Source of the DNA: Chlorokybus atmophyticus
Taxonomy: Eukaryota; Plantae; Mesostigma and Chlorokybus algae
Assembly: GCA_009103225.1 (NCBI GenBank)
Contig: RHPI01002823.1
Span: forward strand, 443,104 to 507,103
Reading direction: 5' to 3'
DNA length: 64,000 nucleotides
Shown here: positions 46,407-56,279 of the stretch, piece after piece
How positions within the stretch are numbered: the stretch's first letter is position 1
How the letters are laid out: each line of letters begins with the position of its first letter
Translations under genes and position numbers: made by a program
The notes under the pieces: model-generated
Seen by the model: only the letters and a program-made list of their open reading frames with translations
What the model was told of the DNA's origin: nothing
Databases searched by the model: none

Positions 46407-48866
46407 GACCGGTAATTCTGAGCCCCCCCGATTCCTGGATTTTCAGACTGTTTGGTCTGAATAGTCAACAAAAACAAGGGTGAATAGCCTAGGATACGGC
46501 GTCCCTGACTCCTGCATGTCGAGGTGAACATTCAGGCCGTTTGGTCTGAAAGGTGTTAAGGTCTGTTCGATTTAATTGTCGGTGTGTATCCCTGTGGCAA
46601 TTAGATTGCATACTAGTCCTATATGTGGAGCATTTATTCACTTGCAGTGGAGCTGTACATTCAACTTGTATGGTGTAGTGCTGCAACTGTACTACACCAC
46701 CACTTATAGTCACCCAAAACTTTCACTTGCAGTAGAGTTGAATATTCACCCTGTATGGTGTGATGCTGCAACTGTACTACACTACTGAATATGCACGCAT
46801 GTATTGTTTGAATACTCATAGTAATCTAGCCTGCACACTAAGTCCTACATGTGAGTAGTTATTCAATGGCAATAAAGTTGAACAATGGTAAGCTGCTGTT
46901 TTACGACCGTCAATGTTACTATGAATGTTCAAGTGATATTGAGTAGAACAAGACCGATATATGCAGTGCTACTGATAATATTCACAGCAGTCTGTCCAGC
47001 CAGCCCAGCAATGTCAGCTGAATGGCAGCCGACTTACATCAACACATTCAATACTGTCTACAATGTATGTCTGCTACCCAAAGCTGCACTTGCAGGTGAA
47101 AATCTCCTGCAGCAATATCTACTTCCTGCTGCTTCGCCCCCGACCACCCCGACCACCCCGACTCCCCTTCCCACGCGGTGTGGATGTGCCTTCCTTCGCT
47201 GGCAGCTCCCTCACCTTGATGGTCTTCATCAACCGAGTAGGCTAAAGTAGCAACAACCCCGCCTCGCACTCTTCACATGCATCAACCACACATGAATACG
47301 TCAGACGCAGTGTGTTGTCATAACGCACGCACAGTCAGCACGCAATCGTCGTTCACCTCTCAAGTGGGTCACTTGCACTCCAACCCCATCACGCTTGACG
47401 CTGATTGGCAAAGGCACAACCTCTTCTTCCCCTGCACCTGGACGTCTGGTCCTAGTGATGTGAAGAATGCGGCTGAACTGGACCACCATGTTACCCTCTC
47501 CAATCTTCTTGCCATAAAACTTGTTGACGGGCTTGATGTCGCTTACGTGTGCCTCCCCTACTGGCTCCTTGCGCCCATCGATGAACAACTTGACTTCATC
47601 ACCAACCTTCATCGTCGGTGCAGTGTCATCCTTGTCGCTCAGGTCTTCCTGCGCATGCAAGTGACTAACACATCAACTAGCAGACACATACACAGATGCA
47701 CTCTCCTATATAGCGCTTGCAAAAAAACCTGCCTTTTGGGAGTCGTTGTCGCTGTGGTTGGGGCTGTTCGCATCGTCCTTGGCGCGATCTTCATCGTTGT
47801 CCTCGTTTTTGTCTGTCTCGGATACTTTTGAATGTGATGGCTCATCTTGTGCAACTAGGTGGCACGCCGTGTTATCAAGCTTACAATTGATAGGCATGCA
47901 TGCGAGTCTGCTGCAGTGACAGTTTTTCTGCAACCAGAAGGACCCAAGAAGCCTATAAGCGTACATAGATGGTCCTTCATACCTCCTTTTGCTTGCCCCT
48001 CTTTTGATCCAACATCTTCTCCTGCTAGCCAGTCGAGGGGCCTGCCTCCTTAGACTTGTAGGGAGCTGAAATTGAGCGAACAGTCTTTGCTTTCTCTTGG
48101 GGGCTTGACACCTCAGTCTCCTGCCAACAGCATACACATCAGATTGTGAGCCACAACGTAATGCTATGCCATTCGTTGTGAAGCAGAGTGGTGCGTATAT
48201 CACCAGACACTTTGCGCTTCCCTTGCCCTTTGCCTTCCTTTTCTTTCATGAGCTCCATGACATTCGCGGCGTCCTGTGCCTACATGTGGTGCGGTTTCTG
48301 TTGCAAAAACTGATATGCTTGTTAGATACTTGCTCAGTCGTTGCATACCTTGAGAGCTAAGCTGGTATCACGCACACTTGGTGTAATTTCACAGCGGCAG
48401 TTTTGCCAAGTGGTGTTGAACATTCAATGGCACTTGGCAATTGGTGTATTTCATGCTATATGTTCCCTGAATATGACGGTGACTATGCAATGGTATTGGG
48501 GACTCAGGGTTTTCGCGGCAAGCCGTAGCCAGCACCACACACGTTGGGTGATTATTCTGCTGTTTGGGCACTGACAATTCATTGTACCATATCGTTCATC
48601 AAGTACAACTTGACTGACCTTGAATATGCACGAAATACTCAGTTTGAAATTCAAAGTGTACGGGTTGAAACGAGGTTCAATGGTATGTACGTTGGGTATG
48701 AATGCGTCTTGCGGGGTGAAGAACGCTGTTCCTTTTAGCAGGGATGGGACAGAAAGTACAGTAACCATTGGATATTCACGGACAAAAGGCGTGAAAATCA
48801 AGTCATTAATATTCAGACGAAATGGCGTGAATAATCAGGACTCGGGGGGTCCAAAAATTACCAGTG
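46407..48866. mobile_element. CACTG/CACTA-like non-autonomous DNA transposon inserted in copy B pol
   Basis: 3-bp duplication ATG (46404-06 and 48867-69). Imperfect ~55-bp TIRs: GACCGGTAATTCTGAGCCCCCCCGATTCCTG... versus rc CACTGGTAATTTTTGGACCCCCCGAGTCCTG.... Minus-strand ORF 47301-47660 resembles the C-terminal domain of CACTA accessory (TnpA/TNP1-like) proteins (tentative). Confidence 0.78.
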
Positions 48867-50179
48867 ATGGTGAAGACAAAGAAGTGCCGACGCGGACGCC
48901 AGCCGCACGCGAAGGCACCATCGCTGCCCTTTACAGTGAGCTGGGACACTTCGGTGTCAAGCGGACAGTCCGCCTGGTGCAAGCACAACATTGATGGCAT
49001 AGGTTGTACAAGCAGATGCAGGAGTTCGTGAATCACAGCCAGCAATGTGACATGGTGCGCGCCAGCCTCAACATGTGAAGCGCCACCCTGCACCCTCTTC
49101 CCATCTCCGGCCTCTTTTATCCATGAGGGCTCACATCTTAGGAGACTTGTCATCCTAGGCATGCGGCAATCGTTACATCCTTGTAATGATCGAGCACCTC
49201 TCCAAGTGGGTAGAGCTAGTGCCACTGCCCACCAAAAGCAGTAGGGGGGTGTCTCAAGCCTTCCTCTCTCACGTCCTCAGCCGGTTTGGCAGTTGTGCTG
49301 AAGTCATCACCGACCAAGGCAGCGAGTTCAAAGGAGAGTTCGACACCCTGTTAGACAGGTGCTACATCAACCAACGCCATACCTCGCGTGACCACCCTCA
49401 AGCCGATGGTGTCGCCGAGCGCACAGTGCAGACCATTAAGAAGGCACTTCGTATATATGTGCTGGAGTATGAGAAGAACACCTGGGACGACCACCTCATA
49501 TGGGTGGCCCTCGGATATCGGCTGTCAAAGCAAGCAGCTCTGCGCGAGCATTCCTTATTGCTTGCTGTTCAGGCGACCGCTCTGCTTCCCTTTCGTGCAC
49601 GACAAGAAGTGGATCGGGTGGTGAACAATCTTAACGATCCTAACAAGCTGCACAACAACATTACCATGCGCGCAGCACTGTTTGAGCGCACTGTCCCCAT
49701 GGCCCTCAACAACATGCGCATCGCGACATGCTACGCTACGAGCGCAGGCACAGTGGCTTATACAATGAGCGTCAACGTCGGTTCCAAGCAGGGACTTTGC
49801 TTACCGCATGGAGGCCACCAAAGACACGCTCGACACCTACGTTAGCCGCACTGTCTACAAGGTATTAAACGTGTACCTCACAAGGCTGCTGGACCTCCTC
49901 GGCCAGAACGGCGAGAGGTTGAAGGACAACATGGTGAACTGCGCACCATGTCACCTCCCATACGTAGCTGGCTTTGACCGCATCAAGCACCCTCACCCCG
50001 CCCGCAGCGCGCGTTGCGAGCGCTGCGGCAGCGCCGACGACACCTCGCTCATGATGCATTGCGATGGATGTAATAAAGGGCTGCACTGCTACTGTTTGAA
50101 CCCCCCCTTAAATGAGGTATCAATGGAAGAGTATTCATGCAATGACTGCTGCGCCAACGGACCTCCACACTTGCATTAG
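48867..50179 (+). pseudogene. Copy B integrase and PHD finger
   Basis: MIEHLSKWVELVPLP...VITDQGSEF...VAERTVQTIKK, then CERC...CDGC...HCYC...CNDC ending NGPPHLH*. Confidence 0.9.
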
Positions 50180-50240
50180 AAGCTGAGCTCTGAAGCTGAA
50201 ACCTTCTCAGAAGCTAGGGGGGGGGGGGGGGGGGGGGCTN

Positions 50241-50278
<38 letters not shown>

Positions 50279-50283
<5 letters not shown>

Positions 50284-51302
50284 TGTTGACTGTGTGTCCT
50301 ACAGTACAGCATGTATACTATGGTGGAGCACGACACCGCAAGGCTGTATCACTCAGCCGTGGACAAGCTCTAAGCACTTATTTCATGAGCGCTGGGTTAT
50401 CTTTTGCTTTTGCCATTATGCTATAATATGCTGTAGTAGCATGTATAGCAAGCATGTCCTTCCCTTCAACTATCCGAGACAGCGTCACCCTCAACTCTCC
50501 TCGGCCCGACAGCTGTCATGCCCATTGCCCTCACATGCCAGCCTTCATCAAAAATGCTGACATCAAGACCCTCGCTCGGCCTATCGGCATACCGACCCAC
50601 GCGCGTCACCAGTAGCTAAGACATGACACTAGACTAGCTGACCGTAGCCTACATAGGCACCGCTCGTAGCTTTTTAATTGTGAGTTCAGGTATAGGTTTC
50701 TATATCGAGTGGGGATTTCTTGAAAAATAGCCTCGATATAACCATTAGCTTATGCTGAACAGTCATGATTTCACTTGTATAAGTAGTCGCAGTGTTCACC
50801 GGATCAGCTAGTGACACTATGAATGAGAAAGCTAAGAGCTTGCGAAGCGACTTTAACTACGAAACATGCCGTCCCGTTTCCCAAACATCCTCTCACCGTG
50901 TGAGAGACTGTGCATGCTCTTGTGCACTGTGCTTGTCATTGATGTGAGCTTGGTGTGCTTGTTGGCATCGGTTGGGGCGTAGCATCCAAGTGTTGCTTGC
51001 TCATTCATCTCACTTATAACTATTAGTGTAACACATGTTCGACTCATGCAAAAAACTGTGTAAACAATCCTACCTGTAGTGGCTTGTTGATTGTGTGCCT
51101 TACAGTACAGCATGTATACCATGGTGGAGCACAACTCCCTAAGGCTGTATCACTTAGCAGTGGACAAGCTCCACCAAGCACTTGTCCTATGAGAGTTGTG
51201 TTATCTTTTGCTTTTGCCAACATGCTATAATATGCTGCAGTAGCATGTTCTTCCCTTCACCTATCCCAGACAGCGTGACCCTCAACTCTCCTCGGCCCGT
51301 CA
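50279..51302 (+). repeat. B1-A2-B2 repeat block of copy B (B1 ~50279-50511, A2 50514-51090, B2 51079-51302)
   Basis: Follows a G-run. The B1|A2 junction is again GACAGCTGTC (50508-50517). A2 repeats 17190-17773 and B2 repeats B1. Confidence 0.92.
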
Positions 51303-52300
51303 GCTGCAGACTTTGCTATCTGTCCCAATTGTTTTGCACACTTGAACTGTACGCTACAATTATCCTTCCAGTTGACGATATTGTGCACCTTACGTCCCTG
51401 CGCCGATACCCACCCAGACGCAATGATGCACTATGAAGCTATCTTTGATGGTGTCATCTGTACTGGAGAAGTGCACCTGCATACAATACGGCTGAGTCAA
51501 ATCCGGTCACTGGGCAAGTCAGCTATGAAAGAATTATTAATGTATCACATGCTACTTTACCTCTTTCATGCGCACAGGCTCCTCTTCTATAGACTCGATG
51601 CCATCCACCTCAACTTGCGCGTCCCGATGCACCATTATGACATGGATTACCACAGGTGCGGATTGAAAGTGCTGCTGCATCAGCTTATTGTTGGGGCGAA
51701 TGTTATGATTCTTCAAAAAGTCACTAATCATCATAATGGTACCGCAACTGAACGTCTGTAAGCGCTGTTGTTGATGAGAAGCTTCCCATGAACCAAAAAA
51801 TGCAAACTCTACCTCATCTGCATGTAGCTTGCACACAGTGTCAACTAATATAGTATATCTTGAAAGCGATAGTGCGGTTGATTACATTGAAAGCATAATG
51901 TTGCACTAAAGTGTCCTCCCGGCCTTTGCTACACACCTCACCGCCCCGGAGTGGAAGCCGCACGACAATAAGAGCGCATTGCCATCGCTCATGAGCTACA
52001 CGCGCAGCAGACCAACCTCCAACGCACCATATGGGCACGCGCCACGACGGTGCTCGATGTGGATGTGGTACAAGGAAGGTGGGATGCTTGCATGGCAGGG
52101 ATCTTGCGGGTCCCCACCATTACCCACGACATGCGGCGACAGCTNCATATCATCATTGGAATAGTTAAGAACCAGCGCAAGCTCTATAAGCGACTGAATC
52201 TGTACATAATGAAGGCGTTTATGTAAAATGTTACTAGGCACAAAAGCATGGATCACTACAACTAGTATGCAAAATATCAACATTTAAAGCAACATCGACT
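51303..52300 (-). pseudogene. N-terminal half of the DDE transposase split by copy B
   Basis: MISDFLKNH...QQHFQSAPVVIHVIMVHR (DFxENY-type first Asp) and IVNWKDNCSVQFKCAK (SDGCxxQFK-type second Asp), continuing into 17189. The 5' boundary is approximate. Confidence 0.6.
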
Positions 52301-52435
52301 CAACAAGCAAGCTTTCTGGAGCGGGAGAATCTTTGCAAGCTTGTTGTTTCCATCAGACATACCAATGACATGCGGCTGCCGATGTGGTGCAATTAACATG
52401 ACTGGCATGCAAATGAGTGCACAATTGAAGTTGTC

Positions 52436-53878
52436 TCATGATATCGTGCACGCACACTTCGTGGTCTTTGGCTTCATCAACTTGGGCTCTACCACGACAG
52501 GGCAAGTTGAGAAAGTCATGCATACAAATGCGTCAACCAAGATAGTTAACGCCCCCCACCATCTACAAGCACCATGCAGACCAGTAGCTCACCACTGTCC
52601 TTTGGACTGGCAGGCGGGCGGACAACCAGATGCATGGTGGTGACAACACCTGCTCCGGCAGCCCCAAAAGGCACCTTCGCATCGTTGACAGTTTTGTTGT
52701 TCTCCAACACCTGCAGCAAGGAATGACGTTGATAACTAAGGATTGCCAGGAAAGCTCTCCATATTGACCGCCATGAGTGCCACTACACCCTGCTGAGAGA
52801 TGCAGATTCACCTTGCCCGCCAATATGAGCTTCACGTCCTGAGTGGACTTGGGAGCCTCCTTGTCTGCTCCACAACAATGTGTGATATGTGTCATGTCTC
52901 AACACGGAAGATGAAATAACAACTGCTCAGCCAACCGACATGCATAGACCATGATGTCACAATAAGGGTCTCCAGCAACAATGAACACACTACGCACAAT
53001 CAACGACGAGTAGGTGCTCTCGCAACAGCTGCCACACAAATGGCTATTGATTGACATGCTCCAGCTGTGTTGTATGTGCGAAAACTTGCACCCTACCTTT
53101 TGGCCAGTTGGCAACGGCCGACTCCTTCAACTGCAACACGGTGATGTTCTGCGCATACTTGATTGGCCCGATGTCTGTGCCATCTGGCATACGAAATCTG
53201 CGTGCCAGGCCAGGCATGGTAAACACAAGACACAAGTCTCAAGCGTTACTGAGAGCGGTGCAATGTCAAAAGCACCTAATGGTGGCCTGGCCGTCATCAA
53301 CTGGCAACGTGGCAATCGGCGAAGGCGCAGGCGAGGGCTCAGGTTCAGCCATGCCAGCTCCTGCAATTTTGTCCATTGGTGAGCAACAACGGTGCCCAGA
53401 CAAAGCATGCTCTGGGAATACAGGACAGCAGTACCCCAGCATCACCAAAAAATCTGAGTGCGACAGTTACTGACGCACGGCTAAAAGGCTGTGCACATGC
53501 AGCACAGAAGCAACATGTCAATGACACGCAAGTGGCGCAATCTGCTGGATCAAACATTGCTAAAGGCCGCAGTCCGGTGTCAATAAACTCAACCGGAATG
53601 AGTCTGTTGCTACGCCCATGATGTCTATGTCTGACTCGTGAAACCAATTGCGTGCTTCACTTTGTTGATCTCTCAGAACAATTGAGCACACACATGCACT
53701 GCACAATCACTGCAAGCAAAGTCTACATTGAAGATCGTGCGAATTGACCCACACTTGCCTGAATTTCCTGCTGCATGCATAACGTCAATTGCTGTCACCT
53801 CAGTTTCATGAACTGCTCTTCAGCGTTAAGAGACTTGAACCCACACAACAGCACACACGACACTTCAGATCCAAGCAT
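52436..53878 (-). CDS. MUB: Membrane-anchored ubiquitin-fold protein (MUB) with C-terminal CaaX; start uncertain
   Basis: Exons ?53878-53799, 53197-53097, 52864-52812, 52710-52593 and 52488-52436 give EEQFMKLRFRMPDGTDIGPIKY...LKESAVANWPKDKEAPKSTQDVKLILAGKVLENNKT...TTMHLVVRPP...KCACTIS*. Confidence 0.88.
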
Positions 53879-54586
53879 GCTGCTGCTTGCCTGCCTGCAA
53901 GAACACGCACCACAGCAACCAACAGAGCCTGCTTATTCACTGCGGCGGCGCCACACTGCACTTCAAAGCATACCTTAAGGTGGGCTTGCAAGGCCAAAGC
54001 GCTCCTTCCGTTCAAGACATGTTCCGCTCACAGCTGCCAGCCACCCCGGAGCGAGCAGCCAAGCGACACAAACGACTCTCCGCGACGACGACGACGACGC
54101 ACAGCTGGCAAGCGCTAGATGAGCCCTCCCTTTGTTTTACAGCCACTCTGTAACGCCGCTCCGCAATAACCGACCCAGCCACTACAACACAAGGCAGACC
54201 ACAGCTTGGTTTGCGCCTTACGCCCCAAGCTTAGTACCTTCAAGCAGCACTGAAGGCCGCTTCCACAGCAGAAGAGCAGTCAAACTCTGAAACCCTGTTT
54301 GCTACTCCTGACCTAAGCCCTGCGACGACGACACTGACACCGACACCGACACCGACAACAACGCCCACAACGACGCCACGGACGCCTGTTGAGACACTCA
54401 AGTGCATATGTAAGAGTGTGTGCGTGTGTAAGCGTGTGTCACAGCTGGAAAGGGGCTGCCAATCGCAATGGCGATGCCCGCCCGCGCACAGTCCTGCAAG
54501 CCGCAGTGCGCGACACCGGACCAGTCAGGTATTGTGTGCTCATCAGCTTCGCTATAGCCATTTTATGCCTGATCGAAGGGGGAAAG

Positions 54587-54595
54587 TTAGGGTTT
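54587..54595 (-). promoter_or_regulatory. Telo-box (AAACCCTAA) upstream of the small AROS-like gene
   Basis: TTAGGGTTT lies 36 nt upstream of ATG 54631. Telo-boxes are established elements near the TSS of plant translation and ribosome-biogenesis genes; function here is inferred. Confidence 0.4.
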
Positions 54596-54630
54596 TGGAA
54601 ACGTGGCAGGCGGCGGCGGCGGCGGCGGCC

Positions 54631-55291
54631 ATGTCCGCGAGGTTGGCGAGGAGGCAGCTGGAGCTGCTGAGGAGGCCGGTTGCTGGAGTAGGGAGTGAGG
54701 CGGGAGGCAAGAGGAAGCGGGTAAGGCGGGGTCGGCGGAAGCTTGAGGAAACCGGCCAGGAGCAGCGCAGCCTTGAGGAGGGGCCCAAGTCCTCCACTTT
54801 GCGGCAACGCAATGTGGTACGTCTTGAAGTTTCAATGTTGCACACCGTCCGCATTATTGATGATTGGATTGATGGAATTATATCACGATCAACATTCATG
54901 ATTTGTCAACTGCATCATAAGTCAGGGTACTCCTGGTTTGCACAAGCCAGAATACTAGTGCACGCCTGTGCATGAGCAGCATACTCTTTCCGTTTATTTT
55001 GGTCTGCTGTGCAGCCAACCAGTTCAATATGCATTCCTGTTCTTGCAGGAATATCTGTTGAAAATGCAGAGGCTGGAGTCCGAAGCAAACCAACTGCTGA
55101 AGCAGGTGAGGATGGGACTGTGGTAAACAGCTTTTTTGTGAAGCCAGAAATGTGCAGCAAATCACTGCAACAATCAGGAAGCAATTACAGCGTTGTGGCA
55201 TGCCTTCTATTATCCCCGTTCCTTGTAGGTGCTTCAGGTCGGTGTACAGAGCAAGCAGACGTTGCGCGATGACGATGAAGACTTCTTATGA
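54631..55291 (+). CDS. Small basic protein (101 aa), possibly AROS/RPS19BP1-like
   Basis: Exons 54631-54816, 55049-55105 and 55229-55291, all phase 0 with GT-AG, give MSARLARRQLELL...KRKRVRRGRRK...STLRQRNVEYLLKMQ...DDDEDFL*, followed by AATAAA. The N-terminus resembles AROS MSAALLRRGLELL. Confidence 0.6.
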
Positions 55292-56279
55292 ATAAAGCTT
55301 GTTATCACCTTTAATGCTGTCACCACCACCTTGTCTGTTCAGTTGGGCTGAACAAAGCAGTAGCAGCGCAAACATAGTGTGTATGCTAGTCGGTATACAA
55401 TAGGTATGTAATATATTTCCTGGGTGTGCTGCTGCGAGCCTGGATTGTACCATTGCGTGCACATTATCTAACCCTTGTACGTTTTACAGGATATGTGAGG
55501 TGCAACTGCGCATGCATAGCACATGTGATGTCAATACACCTAGTGTCTGAGCCAACGGCAGTTACATTATTATTTTTTTGGGGTAGTGTAGCGTGTGAGG
55601 TAGTGAATGAACATGGTCAACCTGACAATGTTGTTGGTGTGCGCTATGTCACTCTGCATGCTACTGACTGTGCATGCCACTATGCATGTGCATTGCCGTT
55701 TCGCATTGCGTGTACATTGCCATTAGTGGAGCCAATGTGTGCAGGTTTTGCTTTGTATGAGCCAACACTGGAACCTGTTGCCACATGGGTGGCCCCTGTG
55801 AAACCCGTGAAACTATTGCTGCGAGCCAGTACTCGCGCGAATTGATCATGAGTTCAGCACCCACATCCTGTTGGGGTGGCCAATTGCTCCAATGCTCTCA
55901 CTCGAATACAGCTATTGTCCTTCCAGTGCGGACCTCTAGCCAACTAGAGGCTGAAGCCAAAGCCGGTGAGCTGCTTTTGTCATGCTGCATCTACAGGTAT
56001 AAGTGACCAGTTGACTGTATGGGGCCAGGCAGCACGATCTACATGTGCTCCTGAAAAACATATCTCAAGACACAAGCTGCACTGAAACACAATGAAGCAG
56101 CAAGACTGCATGGCACGCTCCTTGACACGCAGTGCCAACTACCGGTGGCTTGCCTCGACCGCAGCGGTTATGATATTATGCGCAAAATTCCGCAATACCT
56201 ACAGATCAATGCAAGCAACACTACTCATTTCTGTGTACCAAACAACTGTACACTGCTCTACAGCGCCAGCATCGTCATG

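Larger units (their letters stand above)
17190..51302 (+). mobile_element. Copy B: degenerate Ty3/Gypsy-type retroelement with DNMT and PHD domains and split direct repeats (A1...B1-A2-B2), interrupted by three insertions
   Basis: Homologous to copy A along its length: gag 17985-21573 and 41670-42500; protease/DNMT/RT/RH 42560-46406; IN-PHD 48867-50179. Many stops and frameshifts. Termini are TCTCATGCC (degenerate TGTC) at 17190 and CCCGTCA (degenerate GACA) at 51302. Confidence 0.9.

Noticed and set aside
50217-50280. 64-nt poly-G tract before B1 of copy B (possible G-quadruplex or giant PPT)
   Set aside because: Contains an N at 50240, and copy A has only a 7-G run at the equivalent site, so the length is unreliable.
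51948-52144. 197-bp sequence identical to copy B gag (41899-42095), sitting inside the transposase remnant
   Set aside because: It is 100% identical and ends exactly at a single N (52145), which marks a contig join. Most likely an assembly artefact, not filler-DNA capture.
54439-54561. Transit-peptide-like minus-strand ORF MAIAKLMSTQYLTGPVSR... as a first exon of MUB or another gene
   Set aside because: No downstream exon keeps an open frame. It overlaps the promoter of the opposite gene, and a transit peptide is not expected on MUB.
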